Shown: piece by piece, positions 1 through 10,897 of the stretch
How positions within the stretch are numbered: the stretch's first letter is position 1
Layout of the letters: every line of letters starts with the position of its first letter
Sequence record: SRR22947725_1805
Length of the DNA: 64,000 nucleotides
Reading direction: 5' to 3' (one strand)
Translations under genes and position numbers: made by a program
The notes under the pieces: generated by a model
What the model was told of the DNA's origin: nothing
What the model saw: only the letters and a program-made list of their open reading frames with translations
The model's database searches: none

Positions 1-2
1 TG

Positions 3-314
3 TTGCCCCTGACCCATATCCGGGGCCGCTCTCTCCACGATGCCTTTGTCATCGTGGATGAGGCTCAATCTCTCGAACGCAACGTACTTCTTACGATGTT
101 GAGCCGTATCGGTCAGAACTCTCGCGTGATCCTCACACACGATGTGGCCCAACGGGATAACTTGCGCGTGGGGCGCCACGATGGGGTTGCCAGCGTGATT
201 GAGGCGCTCAAGGGGCAATCCCTCTTTGGCCACATCACGCTCACGCGATCTGAGCGCAGTGCCATCGCTGCGTTGGTGACGGAGCTTCTTGAAGAGGGCT
301 CCAGCGCAGCCTAA
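3..314 (+). CDS. PhoH-family ATPase, C-terminal part (5' end cut off by the window edge)
   Basis: [10 protein letters not shown] and IVDEAQ Walker B motifs, followed by LTHDVAQRD and RSERS, typical of actinobacterial PhoH2. Confidence 0.9.
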   Translation: MPLTHIRGRSLHDAFVIVDEAQSLERNVLLTMLSRIGQNSRVILTHDVAQRDNLRVGRHDGVASVIEALKGQSLFGHITLTRSERSAIAALVTELLEEGSSAA

Positions 315-1708
315 AGGCCAGGCGACGTCATTTTCAATACGTCCAGCGCTCCATCGAGGTCGGCTTCACTGATTTCTCCGCGTTCCACGAAACCCAGGGC
401 AATCACGGATTCGCGCACGGTTTGTTGGTGCTCGACAGCGTATTTGGCGACCTTGGCGGCTGCCTCATAACCGATCACCCGGTTCAAAGGAGTGACAATT
501 GCGGGAGAGGATTCGGCAAGAGCGCGGGCGCGCTCTTCACGGGCTTCCAGGCCCGACACGGTTTTATCGGCAAGAACTTTGACCGAGTTAGCGAGTAACC
601 GAATGGATTCCAGGAGCGAGGTCCCCATCACGGGAATCGCGACGTTGAGCTCAAAGTTTCCGGTAGCTCCCGCCCACGCAATGGTGTGATCGTTGCCGAT
701 GACTTTCGCACACACCATCAACACTGCTTCAGGAACGACGGGATTAACTTTGCCGGGCATAATCGAGCTGCCGGGTTGCAAATCGGGGATGTGTATTTCG
801 GCAAGGCCAGCGTTGGGGCCCGAACCCATCCAGCGGATGTCGTTGCAAATCTTCGTGAGTGACACGGCAATCACGCGTAACGCACCCGATGCTTCGACAA
901 GGCCATCCCTGGCGCCTTGGGCTTCAAAGTGATCTTGGGCTTCGGTGAGGGGGAGCGCGGTTGCCTGGGCAAGCTCGGCGATGACTTTTTGCGAAAAGCC
1001 CACCGGGGTGTTGATTCCGGTGCCGGTGGCGGTCCCACCAAGGGGAACTTCGGCAACACGGGAGATGGTGGCTTCCACCCGCTCAATCCCCAGACGAATC
1101 TGTCGGGCGTAGCCCGCAAATTCTTGCCCCAGGGTGACGGGGGTGGCATCCATCAAGTGGGTGCGACCTGCTTTCACCACACTGGCCCATGCTGCGGCTT
1201 TGACCTCCAGGGCTTCTGCCAGGTAGCCGAGAGAGGGAATCAACGAAGTGAGAAGCGCCTCGGTGACTGCCACGTGAACCGAGGTGGGGAACACGTCGTT
1301 GGAGGACTGCGACGCATTGACGTGGTCGTTGGGGTGGACCTCAACACCGTTTCTGCTCGCGAGTGTGGCCACCACTTCATTCATATTCATGTTGGAGGAT
1401 GTGCCCGAGCCGGTTTGGTAGGTATCCACGGGGAAGTGATCGTGGTGTTCACCCGCAATGATTTCTGCCGTGGCTGCGACGATGGCGTCTGCGATAGCGC
1501 CATCGATAATGCCAAGCTCTTTGTTCACTAACGCTGCGGCGCGCTTAATCTGAGCCAGTGCACTGATGTGTGCTGACTCGAGGCCTCTGCCAGAAATGGG
1601 AAAGTTTTCCACGGCACGCTGTGTCTGGGCCCGATACAGAGCGTCTTTGGGGACTTTTACCTCACCCATAGTGTCGTGTTCGATTCGAAATTCACCCTGA
1701 GCGTTCAT
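311..1708 (-). CDS. fumC: class II fumarate hydratase
   Basis: [11 protein letters not shown] signature, [21 protein letters not shown]. Confidence 0.97.
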   Translation of the reverse strand: MNAQGEFRIEHDTMGEVKVPKDALYRAQTQRAVENFPISGRGLESAHISALAQIKRAAALVNKELGIIDGAIADAIVAATAEIIAGEHHDHFPVDTYQTGSGTSSNMNMNEVVATLASRNGVEVHPNDHVNASQSSNDVFPTSVHVAVTEALLTSLIPSLGYLAEALEVKAAAWASVVKAGRTHLMDATPVTLGQEFAGYARQIRLGIERVEATISRVAEVPLGGTATGTGINTPVGFSQKVIAELAQATALPLTEAQDHFEAQGARDGLVEASGALRVIAVSLTKICNDIRWMGSGPNAGLAEIHIPDLQPGSSIMPGKVNPVVPEAVLMVCAKVIGNDHTIAWAGATGNFELNVAIPVMGTSLLESIRLLANSVKVLADKTVSGLEAREERARALAESSPAIVTPLNRVIGYEAAAKVAKYAVEHQQTVRESVIALGFVERGEISEADLDGALDVLKMTSPGL

Positions 1709-1711
1709 GCA

Positions 1712-2371
1712 CTAGTCCTTGTGGTGGTGGGATTGATTCTCGAGCTGGCCGATGATCACTTCGGGGGTGACTCGACCCTCTGCGAGCGTGTAGTTGGCTC
1801 CGACAATCGCCAGCTTACCCTCGGCTACCGCGTCAGAGATGAGCTCGCTGGAGGCGAGCAAGGTCGATACGGTGTCTCGTAGATGCTCCAGGCCAACCTC
1901 TTCGGCATCCACGGCTTCGCCTGGGGCTAAACCGTGGGCAAGGCGCACCCGCTCGATGGCAGGATTCAGGGTCTGTGTAATTGCTGCAATGTGAGGCGGA
2001 AGAGGCGTTGCATCTGGCTGTTGTTGCTCGATAGCCGCTGCAACTGCTCCGCAGCTGTCGTGGGAGAGAACCATGATCAGGGGGACATGGAGGATTTCGA
2101 CGGCGTACTCCAGAGATCCCACCACGGAGGAGGAAATCACCTGCCCCGCGTTTCGCACCACAAAAAGGTCGCCCAGCCCTTTGTCAAAGATGATTTCAGC
2201 AGAAAGCCTCGAATCAGCGCAGCCAAAGAGTGCGGCATGGGGGGCTTGGGCGGTGGCGATATCGGCACGGTGGTCAACGTCTTGCCGGGGGTGTTGGGGT
2301 TCGCCGGAGATAAAGCGCTCGTTCCCTCGCTTCATCTGGCGCCAAGCCGCAGAGGGGGTGGGGGCCGTCAC
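1712..2371 (-). CDS. beta-class carbonic anhydrase
   Basis: Zn ligand motifs GCADSR and HDSCG, plus GDLFVVRNAG. Confidence 0.93.
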   Translation of the reverse strand: MTAPTPSAAWRQMKRGNERFISGEPQHPRQDVDHRADIATAQAPHAALFGCADSRLSAEIIFDKGLGDLFVVRNAGQVISSSVVGSLEYAVEILHVPLIMVLSHDSCGAVAAAIEQQQPDATPLPPHIAAITQTLNPAIERVRLAHGLAPGEAVDAEEVGLEHLRDTVSTLLASSELISDAVAEGKLAIVGANYTLAEGRVTPEVIIGQLENQSHHHKD

Positions 2372-3018
2372 TGGTTTGCTCTCATCCAGAGTTGGTAGGC
2401 AACGTCTTCTGCGACTTGACCCACCGCTTGTTTGCTGGTGCCAGCGATTACCAGAATGCTGGCGTCGAGCTCCCGGATGATGACGTAGGCGTTATTGGAA
2501 CCTTCGTCAAAATCTGTACGGTCGTATTCCACCCATTCCATCGGGTCGGTGCCGTAGCCAAAGCTCACGTCGCCAGTGGAGGGGGCCTGGTCCACCTTTG
2601 CAGCGACCCAGCTCACATCAGCGCCAAATCCCTGGTCGAACGCGACGTAGCTGTTTTCTGGCCCCAACAAACCGATGGACCAGACCACATCTGCTCCCGG
2701 TTCTGTTGTAATCTCTGCGCGGTTGGACTTCCAGAGGTCATACAGGAGGGGATAGACCGGGTCTTCAGGCAAGGCGTCCGCGCCTTCCTCCGCAATCATC
2801 ACCCAGTCGATGTCATCCACCAGATTGGTATCGGGGCGGACAACGACAATAATCAACAGCGCCATCACCGCAAGCGACACCAGGAGCGACCAAACGAGGT
2901 TTCTCATGGTCTGACGCGCACGACGCTCCGTCCGGCCTTTGTGCACCCGGTCAGCTTTTTCACTCGGTGTCTCAGCGCGACCTAACCCGGCAACCTCACG
3001 GGGTGCTTTCGCAGCCAT
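2368..3018 (-). CDS. DUF4245-like single-pass membrane protein
   Basis: GRAETPSEKA..R N-terminus, one TM segment, usual position downstream of xseB. Confidence 0.7.
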   Translation of the reverse strand: MAAKAPREVAGLGRAETPSEKADRVHKGRTERRARQTMRNLVWSLLVSLAVMALLIIVVVRPDTNLVDDIDWVMIAEEGADALPEDPVYPLLYDLWKSNRAEITTEPGADVVWSIGLLGPENSYVAFDQGFGADVSWVAAKVDQAPSTGDVSFGYGTDPMEWVEYDRTDFDEGSNNAYVIIRELDASILVIAGTSKQAVGQVAEDVAYQLWMRANQ

Positions 3019-3020
3019 CC

Positions 3021-3248
3021 TTATTGCTCGCGAGCTTTCTTGGCGGCATCAAGACGCTCCCTAGCGCCTTCCAGCCACTCTTCACAGCGCGCAGCGAGGG
3101 CCTCGCCTCGCTCCCACAAACCAATGGATTCTTCCAAGGGGACGCCGCCTTGCTCAAGTTTCCCCACGACAGCGACCAATTCATCGCGAGCTTGCTCATA
3201 GGACAGCTCCGCGACGTCCGTGGCTTTGGGGGATGGTTTCTCACTCAC
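3021..3248 (-). CDS. xseB: exodeoxyribonuclease VII small subunit
   Basis: [21 protein letters not shown]; adjacent to xseA. Confidence 0.95.
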   Translation of the reverse strand: MSEKPSPKATDVAELSYEQARDELVAVVGKLEQGGVPLEESIGLWERGEALAARCEEWLEGARERLDAAKKAREQ

Positions 3249-3268
3249 AGAGGAAGTCTATCGAGCGC

Positions 3269-4477
3269 CTAGGTGTTATCGACATGGGTCGCAATTGTGC
3301 CATCTCGCACCACCACAGAGAGCTCGTCCCCCCCGACGACCTCGGTGGTGCTGGAAATCACTCGACCAGCAGGTGTTCGAACAATCGCATAGCCCCGGTC
3401 GAGGGTGCCCTGGGGGGAAAGACCGCGCAGCGAGCCGTGTAACTGGGTAGCCTCTGCCGCGAAGCGCTCGATCATTCGATCCGCCCGGTCGCTGCCCCGC
3501 GCAACAAGAAGAGTGATGTCTTCCATGGGTCCATCTATCAGGCTTTGTGGGTCCGCAAGGCTAGGCCTGGAGCGGAAAGATTGAAGTCTTTCCGCCTCGT
3601 ATTCCAGAGTGGCTTGGATTTTCGCCCAGAGACGCAACCGCGATTCCACCAGGAGTGCTTTTTCCGCTTCCACATCCGGAACAACCCGCTTTGCCGCATC
3701 GGTGGGGGTGGAAGCGCGCAGGTCAGCCACCTCATCAAGGAGCGGTCGGTCTGCTTCGTGTCCAATCGCGCTGACTAGGGGAGTCTGAAGGCTTGCGGCG
3801 AATCTGACGAGTCGCTCATCGCTGAAGGGCAGGAGGTTCTGGAAATCCCCACCACCTCGGGCGACAATGATCACGTCTACTTCGGGGTCGTCTTCGAGCA
3901 CACCGAGGGCTTGCATCACGTCCTCCACGCAGCGATCCCCCTGCACCGCGGCATGCACAACCCTGATGGACACTTCCGGCCACCGCAGCCGGGCATTCGT
4001 CAGGACATCTTTTTCCGCATCGGAGTCTTTCCCCGTCACCAACCCGATGGTGTGGGGAAGAAATGGCAGGGCAACCTTCTTTTCTGGCGCAAAGAGACCC
4101 TCGAGCTGCAGAGCAGCTTTCAGCTGAGCAAGTTTCTCGAGCAATTCGCCCAGGCCCGTGTGGCGCATGGCAAGGACGTTCATCGACAGTGAGCCACCCT
4201 TCACCCACCAGGAGGGGCGAACCTGAGCGATAACGCGGTCGCCCTGTTTGAGTGCTTCGGGAAGAGAGTCCCGTGTGCGACGCCAGACAGTGAAGTTCAC
4301 CGCCACATCGGCGTCGAGATCGCGGAGTTTGCCATACACGTTTCCACCGGATTCGCCCCACTGGGTGATTTCGCCCTCAACCCAGACTGACCCGAGGCGT
4401 TCGATGTAACCCCCCAGAAGCTCGGAGAGCTTGTGCAGAGGCCACGGCGCTTCGGGGCTGGAATCATTGGTGGACAT
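3269..4477 (-). CDS. xseA: exodeoxyribonuclease VII large subunit
   Basis: VWVEGEI OB-fold, IIVARGGG, SAIGHE, ASTPTDAA. Start moved to the ATG at 4477 because the ORF-track extension is the antisense of ispH. Confidence 0.95.
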   Translation of the reverse strand: MSTNDSSPEAPWPLHKLSELLGGYIERLGSVWVEGEITQWGESGGNVYGKLRDLDADVAVNFTVWRRTRDSLPEALKQGDRVIAQVRPSWWVKGGSLSMNVLAMRHTGLGELLEKLAQLKAALQLEGLFAPEKKVALPFLPHTIGLVTGKDSDAEKDVLTNARLRWPEVSIRVVHAAVQGDRCVEDVMQALGVLEDDPEVDVIIVARGGGDFQNLLPFSDERLVRFAASLQTPLVSAIGHEADRPLLDEVADLRASTPTDAAKRVVPDVEAEKALLVESRLRLWAKIQATLEYEAERLQSFRSRPSLADPQSLIDGPMEDITLLVARGSDRADRMIERFAAEATQLHGSLRGLSPQGTLDRGYAIVRTPAGRVISSTTEVVGGDELSVVVRDGTIATHVDNT

Positions 4478-4534
4478 GCTTTCTAAACTAGAACATTCAG
4501 GGCCTATCCACCCATCACACCTACAATGGGGCGC

Positions 4535-5605
4535 GTGAGTATTAGTAATGGAAGCGAATCGCTTTTGAGCGCCCCACTGATTCCCTCCAGGCTCTCTCCC
4601 CTGGTGGAAGAAAGAACCTCTGGCGCAAAGCGGATATTGTTGGCCGCTCCCCGGGGTTATTGCGCGGGTGTTGACCGCGCGGTTATCGCCGTGGAAAAAG
4701 CTCTGGAGCGCTATGGCGCCCCGATTTATGTTCGTAAGCAGATTGTTCACAACATCCACGTTGTCCGCGAGCTGGAATCTCGCGGAGTCATTTTCGTCGA
4801 CGAAGTGGCAGAGGTTCCCGCCGGATCCAACATTGTTTTCTCCGCCCACGGAGTATCTCCGATGGTGGTGCAGCAGGCGGCGGATCGTGAACTCAACGCC
4901 ATTGATGCCACCTGCCCCCTGGTGACCAAAGTGCACCGCGAAGCGGTGCGCTTTTCCGGCCAGGATTACCACATCCTCTTGATCGGCCACGAGGGCCATG
5001 AAGAGGTAGAGGGCACCATGGGTCACGCACCCGATAACACCACCCTGGTAAACGACCCCGACGAGGCAGACCGTATTATGCCCCCGGACACCGAAAACCT
5101 GATTTGGTTGTCTCAAACCACGTTGAGTGTTGACGAAACGATGGAGACGGTGCGACGGTTGCGCGAGCGCTTCCCGCATCTCAAAGACCCCCCGAGCGAT
5201 GACATTTGCTACGCCACTCAAAACCGCCAGGTGGCCATCAAGAAGGTCGCGCCGGACTGTGATCTGGTGATTGTGGTGGGTTCCCCCAACTCTTCCAACT
5301 CCGTTCGCTTAGTCGAGGTCGCCCTGGAATATGGTGCGAAAGCTGCCTACCGGGTCGATTACGCCAGCGAAATTGAACAGGAGTGGCTGGTCGGGGTGGA
5401 AACCATCGGAATTTCTTCCGGCGCATCAGTCCCGGAAATCCTCGTCGACCACGCCCTGGCTGATTTGGCTGGCGCTGGTTTTAGCGAGGTCGAAGAGGTG
5501 CGCACGGCAGAAGAAGACCTCCAGTTCTCGCTTCCCAAAGAGTTGCGCAGGGACGCCAGTGGGGAAATAGATCAGTCCACTATCGGCGGTTACGTTCGCC
5601 GATAG
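4535..5605 (+). CDS. ispH: 4-hydroxy-3-methylbut-2-enyl diphosphate reductase
   Basis: [15 protein letters not shown] and ICYAT (three 4Fe-4S Cys), SSNS. GTG at 4535 lies 7 nt after a TACAAT -10 box. Confidence 0.96.
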   Translation: MSISNGSESLLSAPLIPSRLSPLVEERTSGAKRILLAAPRGYCAGVDRAVIAVEKALERYGAPIYVRKQIVHNIHVVRELESRGVIFVDEVAEVPAGSNIVFSAHGVSPMVVQQAADRELNAIDATCPLVTKVHREAVRFSGQDYHILLIGHEGHEEVEGTMGHAPDNTTLVNDPDEADRIMPPDTENLIWLSQTTLSVDETMETVRRLRERFPHLKDPPSDDICYATQNRQVAIKKVAPDCDLVIVVGSPNSSNSVRLVEVALEYGAKAAYRVDYASEIEQEWLVGVETIGISSGASVPEILVDHALADLAGAGFSEVEEVRTAEEDLQFSLPKELRRDASGEIDQSTIGGYVRR

Positions 5606-5607
5606 CT

Positions 5608-6633
5608 CTAGTTTTTGGAGTGACCGGTGGAACCCAACTGGTTGGCAGCTTCCACAACACGAGCAGCCATCGAGGACTCTGCAACTTTGCCCCACGCCCG
5701 AGGGTCGTAGAGCTTCTTATTCCCCACCTCGCCATCAATGCGCAAAACCGCGTCGTAGTTGGCGAACATGTGGCCTGCAACACCGCGGGTGTAGGCGTAT
5801 TGGGTGTCGGTGTCGATGTTCATCTTGATGACACCGTTGCGGACCGCTTCAGCAATCTCTGCTTCTGAACTACCGGAACCGCCGTGGAAAACTAAGTCCA
5901 TAGGCTTCGGGGCGGTCCCATACTTCTGTGCCAGGCCTTCCTGGATTTCTGCTAACAATTCGGGGCGAAGCTTAACGTTTCCTGGCTTATAAAAACCGTG
6001 CACGTTGCCGAAGGTGAGGGCTGCCATGTAACGACCGTTTTCTCCCATGCCAAGCGCTTCGACGGTGGCGATGGCGTCTTCGAGGGTCGTATACAAGCTG
6101 TCGTTAATGTCATGACTGACACCGTCTTCTTCCCCACCAACAACACCGATTTCCACCTCCAGGATGGAATTGATGTTCTTCATCTTCGGTAACAAGTCCT
6201 GAGCAATCGAGAGATTCTCTGCCAGGGGGACTGCGGAACCATCCCACATGTGGGACTGAAAAATGGGTTCGCCGCCTTTTTTGACGGCGTCTTCGCTGGC
6301 GGCGATCAGGGGCATCACAAAACCATCGAGTGCGTCTTGGGGGCAGTGATCGGTGTGGAGGGCAACGGTCACCGGGTAATTCTTGGCTACCTCAGTGGCC
6401 AAAGCCGCAAAAGCGAGCGCGCCGGAGGCGCGTGCTTTCACACTCTGGCCGGCAAAAAAGTCAGCACCACCGGTGGAGACCTGGATGATCCCATCCGAAC
6501 CAGCCTCGGTTAGTCCCTGCAACACGGCGTTGATGGTGGAGGAGGAGGACACGTTGAAAGCGGGGTAGGCGAACCCTTCGGCCTTTGCCCGATCGAGCAT
6601 GTCGGCGTACTGGTCAGGGGTTGCAATAGGCAT
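5608..6633 (-). CDS. fbaA: class II fructose-bisphosphate aldolase
   Basis: LHTDHC, GNVHG, FHGGSG, KMNIDTD; start MPIATP. Confidence 0.96.
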   Translation of the reverse strand: MPIATPDQYADMLDRAKAEGFAYPAFNVSSSSTINAVLQGLTEAGSDGIIQVSTGGADFFAGQSVKARASGALAFAALATEVAKNYPVTVALHTDHCPQDALDGFVMPLIAASEDAVKKGGEPIFQSHMWDGSAVPLAENLSIAQDLLPKMKNINSILEVEIGVVGGEEDGVSHDINDSLYTTLEDAIATVEALGMGENGRYMAALTFGNVHGFYKPGNVKLRPELLAEIQEGLAQKYGTAPKPMDLVFHGGSGSSEAEIAEAVRNGVIKMNIDTDTQYAYTRGVAGHMFANYDAVLRIDGEVGNKKLYDPRAWGKVAESSMAARVVEAANQLGSTGHSKN

Positions 6634-6739
6634 AGTGTCTCCAGGATGGGAAGCGGGGTTTAAGCCTATCTCCACCGGAAGGCCTCGGCTCCGGCGGTAA
6701 GCTGGCTAAACCTTTACTGACTTAGCCCAAAGGACTCCC

Positions 6740-7732
6740 ATGTCACAGGCCGAATCTGCTGAGCTTTTTCAACACCCTGACCGGAACTTGGCCATGGAGC
6801 TCGTTCGAGCCACCGAGGCCGCTGCCATTCGTGCCACGCCCTGGATTGGCCGTGGCGATAAAAATGCTGCCGATGGTGCTGCCGTAGATGCGATGCGCAA
6901 GTTTCTTGCCACAGTCGCGTTTTCGGGGTTGGTGGTCATCGGCGAAGGGGAAAAAGATGATGCTCCCATGCTCTTCAACGGAGAAATTGTCGGGAATGGA
7001 CAAGGCCCCCAATGCGATATCGCCGTTGACCCCATTGACGGGACCTCGCTGACTGCAGCCGGTCGATCCCACGCCATTTCGATGATTGCGGTGGCGGATA
7101 GAGGAAGCATGCTCGATGCCTCCAGCGTTTACTACATGAATAAGCTCGTGACCTCTGAAGAAGGCATAGGGGTGGTGGATATTCATCGACCCATCGGGGA
7201 AAACATTCGTGCCTTAGCAAAAGCTAAGGGCAAGCCGGTGGAAGAAATCCGGGTCGCGGTGTTAGACCGCCCCCGTCACGAAGTGCTGATTCAGGAAATT
7301 CGAGAAGCCGGTGCTGGCACTCGCTTAATTCTTGATGGTGATGTGGCAAGCGGTATCAATGCTGCCCGCCACGACACCCGCATCGATATGTGTGTTGGCA
7401 TTGGCGGAAGCCCCGAAGGTGTTGCGACGGCGTGTGCAATCAAAGCACTGGGTGGCTTCATGCAGGGTGTGCTTCACCCGATGGATGACGGGGAACGCCA
7501 GCGTGGCCTCGATGCGGGATTGCTCTTTGATCACACCTATGGGTTGAACGATTTGGTCGCCAGCGATAACACTTTCTTTGTCGCCACCGGTGTGACCGAT
7601 GGCGAACTCGCTCGGGGCGTGAGGCGCGCGGGAAACATCATCTCCACCGAAAGCATTGTGTTACGGGCGCGATCAGGAACTCTCAGGCGCGTTTCCGCAG
7701 ATCATCAAGCAAGTAAGTGGCTGGACGATTAG
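6740..7732 (+). CDS. glpX: class II fructose-1,6-bisphosphatase
   Basis: VRATEAAA, VVIGEGEKDDAPML, DPIDGT, ATGVTDG. Confidence 0.96.
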   Translation: MSQAESAELFQHPDRNLAMELVRATEAAAIRATPWIGRGDKNAADGAAVDAMRKFLATVAFSGLVVIGEGEKDDAPMLFNGEIVGNGQGPQCDIAVDPIDGTSLTAAGRSHAISMIAVADRGSMLDASSVYYMNKLVTSEEGIGVVDIHRPIGENIRALAKAKGKPVEEIRVAVLDRPRHEVLIQEIREAGAGTRLILDGDVASGINAARHDTRIDMCVGIGGSPEGVATACAIKALGGFMQGVLHPMDDGERQRGLDAGLLFDHTYGLNDLVASDNTFFVATGVTDGELARGVRRAGNIISTESIVLRARSGTLRRVSADHQASKWLDD

Positions 7733-8895
7733 TCCTTCGCGGACTCATCTTCGGCGAGCTCCGGTGCTGAAATCTCTCGCGGCAGCTCCTCTACTGTTTC
7801 CAGGGCGTGACCTAAGTCAGCACCTGTCCCCAATTCGTTGAGCTTTCTTGCACTGGGGAACACGCGGCTTTCCAGGGAGCCCACAAAAGAGTTGTAGTGC
7901 TTCACGCTGCTGGTGAGGGAGCGTCCCAAGGTCTCAATGTGACCAGCCATCGCCCCCAGGCGCTGAAGGAGTTCGGTGCCGGTGGTGAAGATTTTTTGAG
8001 CATCCTCGGTGACGACATCTTGTCGCCACGAGAACGCGACTGTTTTCAACACTGACCACAGGGTGACCGGTGAAGCCAGAGCGACCTTCTTGGAAAAAGC
8101 GTGGTCCATCAACCCTGGATCCGCTTCCAGAGCACTGGAGACCAGCGCCTCGCTGGGAATAAAGCAAATCACCAATTCGGGTGAGGCCTCGAGGCCATCC
8201 CAATAGGATTTTTTCCCCAAAGCATCGATGTGGGCGCGCACGGCGGCAACGTGATCTTTCAAGAGGCGTTCGCGCCTCGCGCCTTCTTCGCCGGTGGCGG
8301 TCATGGGGATGGAGCTTGCTTCCATATACGCGGTAAAAGGAACCTTCGCGTCAACAGCGATATTTTTCCCACCGGGAAGGTGAACCACCATGTCGGGCTT
8401 GCCCAGTCCTGCATCCGAGGAGATCGAAGATTGCAGGTCAAAATCAACGCGTTCAATCAGGCCTGCGGCTTCGACGACGCGGCGCAGTTGAACTTCGCCC
8501 CATTTGCCACGCATGCTGTTGGATCGGAGCGCTGAGGCCAGCCCCTCGGTGGTGCTGCGCAGTAATTCATCGCTTTGTAAGGCGGACCGCAACTGCTCAG
8601 AAATTTGGCCGTGCTGATCGCTACGTTGTTTTTCCAGGTCGGCGACAGTTTTTTGCATGTCGTTGAGCTTGGTCGCTACCGGATTGAGGGCAAGAAGAAT
8701 CTTGTTCTCGGTGTCCTGGTCAGCCTTCATGGATTCCAACTGGCCTTGCGCCATTTCCAGTTGTGTGCGAAGCACCAGGGACTCATCCCCCGAGCCGGCA
8801 GGTGATGACCTGCCGCGCAGAACCCAACCGAGAAGGAAGCCCAGGGCCAAAGCCAGGAGGATGCCGATGATCAGGGTGAGGAATGTTTGATCCAT
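7729..8895 (-). CDS. rmuC: DNA recombination protein RmuC
   Basis: N-terminal TM, coiled coil, RGKWGEVQL, PD..VHLPGGK..VDAKVP nuclease-like motif; start MDQTF at 8895. Confidence 0.92.
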   Translation of the reverse strand: MDQTFLTLIIGILLALALGFLLGWVLRGRSSPAGSGDESLVLRTQLEMAQGQLESMKADQDTENKILLALNPVATKLNDMQKTVADLEKQRSDQHGQISEQLRSALQSDELLRSTTEGLASALRSNSMRGKWGEVQLRRVVEAAGLIERVDFDLQSSISSDAGLGKPDMVVHLPGGKNIAVDAKVPFTAYMEASSIPMTATGEEGARRERLLKDHVAAVRAHIDALGKKSYWDGLEASPELVICFIPSEALVSSALEADPGLMDHAFSKKVALASPVTLWSVLKTVAFSWRQDVVTEDAQKIFTTGTELLQRLGAMAGHIETLGRSLTSSVKHYNSFVGSLESRVFPSARKLNELGTGADLGHALETVEELPREISAPELAEDESAKD

Positions 8896-8957
8896 GTCCA
8901 CAAGTGTGCCAGTCACGACTGACTTAGCAGCGATGGCGGGCCACGGTTGTATTGTGA

Positions 8958-9095
8958 TTTCCAGGCGGTGAGGGACACGACCCCTTCGACAGGCTCCTCG
9001 TCTCACAACCGCTGGCTCATTCGCTGTTTTTTGAAACTCCGGATCGGCGATTGCGAGAGCTCGCCATCCCTGGACTTCGCGACGCCACCAGCTAG
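8958..9095 (+). pseudogene. relic 3' fragment of a VapC/PIN-domain toxin gene
   Basis: Frame reads FPGGEGHDPFDRLLVSQPLAHSLFFETPDRRLRELAIPGLRDATS*. HDPFDRLL..Q and T.D are the VapC C-terminal motifs. An in-frame TGA precedes it (8955-8957) and there is no start codon. Confidence 0.7.
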
Positions 9096-9136
9096 CGGAG
9101 GGGAGGGGCGAAAGAGGTGCAGTAGGCTCGCTAACC

Positions 9137-10210
9137 GTGGCACTCACCATTGGTATCGTCGGTCTCCCCAACGTGGGAAAGTCCACGCTTTTTAACGCTC
9201 TCACCAAGAACACTGTTCTGGCGGCGAACTATCCCTTCGCCACCATCGAACCCAATATTGGCGTGGTCAATCTCCCGGATGAGCGCCTCAGTGTGCTCGC
9301 TGGCATTTTCAGCAGCGAGAAAATCATTCCCGCTGCCGTGTCCTTTGTGGATATCGCAGGCATCGTTCGTGGCGCGAGCGAGGGGGAAGGCTTGGGAAAC
9401 CAGTTCCTCTCCAACATCCGCGAAGCAGAAGCTATCGCCCAGGTCGTGCGGGTCTTTGACGACCCCGATGTGATTCACGTGGAGGGGGCGGTCGATCCCG
9501 CTGCCGATATGGAAACGATCAATACCGAACTAATGCTTGCTGATCTCCAAACGCTCGACAAAGCCATTGTTCGGTATGAAAAAGAGGTCAAAGGCAAAAA
9601 GATGGAGCCAGCGGTGCTGGCCTCTGCAGTGGAAGCCAAAGGGATTCTGGATGGGGGAGTGACGCTCTTCCAAGCAGGCTTTGATTCCGCACCGCTGCGG
9701 GAACTTGGCCTTCTCACCGCGAAGCCTTTTCTCTATGTCTTCAACGTCGATGAATCCACTTTGGGAAACCCTGCCAGGTGCGAAGAACTCGCAGCGCTGG
9801 TGGCTCCGGCAAAGGCAGTGTTCTTGGACGCCAAGGTCGAGAGTGAACTCATCGACTTAGATGCCGGGGAAGCAGCGGAGCTGTTGGCTTCGATGGGTCA
9901 AGAAGAAAGCGGCCTCGATCAGTTGGCGAGGATTGGTTTTGACACCCTCGGTTTGCAGACGTATTTGACCGCAGGCCCCAAAGAAGCCCGTGCCTGGACG
10001 ATCCACCGGGGCTGGAAAGCTCCCCAAGCTGCCGGTGTGATCCACACCGACTTCGAAAAGGGATTCATCAAAGCGGAAGTAACCGGCTTTGATGACCTGG
10101 TTGCTGCCGGTTCACTTGCTGAAGCACGATCGGGTGGGAAAGCCCGCATTGAGGGCAAAGAATATGTCATGCGCGATGGCGACGTGGTGGAGTTTCGCTT
10201 TAGTTCCTGA
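9137..10210 (+). CDS. ychF: redox-regulated ATPase YchF
   Basis: GLPNVGKSTLFNALT, NYPFATIEPN, DIAG, TGS domain. Confidence 0.97.
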   Translation: MALTIGIVGLPNVGKSTLFNALTKNTVLAANYPFATIEPNIGVVNLPDERLSVLAGIFSSEKIIPAAVSFVDIAGIVRGASEGEGLGNQFLSNIREAEAIAQVVRVFDDPDVIHVEGAVDPAADMETINTELMLADLQTLDKAIVRYEKEVKGKKMEPAVLASAVEAKGILDGGVTLFQAGFDSAPLRELGLLTAKPFLYVFNVDESTLGNPARCEELAALVAPAKAVFLDAKVESELIDLDAGEAAELLASMGQEESGLDQLARIGFDTLGLQTYLTAGPKEARAWTIHRGWKAPQAAGVIHTDFEKGFIKAEVTGFDDLVAAGSLAEARSGGKARIEGKEYVMRDGDVVEFRFSS

Positions 10211-10273
10211 GCGCCTGCCGTGAATAGGCGTTGCCAACTTGTGTCTGCTTCATCGTGGTGGTTGCCTTAGGTC

Positions 10274-10897
10274 ATGACGCTCCTGCCGATGTTTCCCCTT
10301 GGGTCCGTTCTCTTCCCCGCGATGCCCCTGGCGTTGCGGGTCTTCGAAGAGCGCTATCTCAAACTGATGGGGGCAATTCTTGAGGACGAGCCCTCCGAAT
10401 TTGGTGTGGTGTTGATCGAACGCGGCTCAGAAGTGGGCGGCGGAGACAAGCGCTTCGACATCGGCACCACCGCGCAGGTCCTCCAAATCGAAGCGCCGGA
10501 GGGCCCCCTCCAGGTAATGGCACGCGGGGGGCGACGATTCCGCGTCACACGGTGGCTAGAGGAAGATGCCTACCCGCAGGCCGAGGTGGAATTCTTAGAC
10601 ACCTTTGACGCGGGGGATGTGCCTGGCGAAGAATTGGTGATTACGGAGCAAGTGGTGCGAGAAACACTCGAATATCTTCGAGAGCTCGATCTATCCCTGC
10701 CGTGGCCAACCGATATTGAGTTGGCCGAAGACCCGGTAGAAAAAGTCTGGCAATTGGCGGGAATTTCGCCGCTTGGAACGCTAGATCATCAAGACCTCTT
10801 GAGTCTTGATGACCCACGGGATTTGGTCGAGCGGATTCGTCTCACGGTCAGTGAGGCGCTGGAAACGTTCAAAATGGAGCGCGATTCCGGGAGCTAG
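10274..10897 (+). CDS. Lon peptidase N-terminal (substrate-binding) domain protein
   Basis: LPMFPL..VLFP..L.LRVFE.RY, FGVVLI.RG.EVGG, RRFRV. Confidence 0.88.
   Translation: MTLLPMFPLGSVLFPAMPLALRVFEERYLKLMGAILEDEPSEFGVVLIERGSEVGGGDKRFDIGTTAQVLQIEAPEGPLQVMARGGRRFRVTRWLEEDAYPQAEVEFLDTFDAGDVPGEELVITEQVVRETLEYLRELDLSLPWPTDIELAEDPVEKVWQLAGISPLGTLDHQDLLSLDDPRDLVERIRLTVSEALETFKMERDSGS

Noticed and set aside
4478-5221. 248-aa N-terminal extension of the 650-aa xseA ORF
   Set aside because: It is the antisense of ispH; XseA similarity and a TAGTTT -10 box support the ATG at 4477.
8896-9213. N-terminal extension of the rmuC ORF
   Set aside because: It overlaps the ychF start and the VapC relic; the TM-led RmuC begins at 8895.
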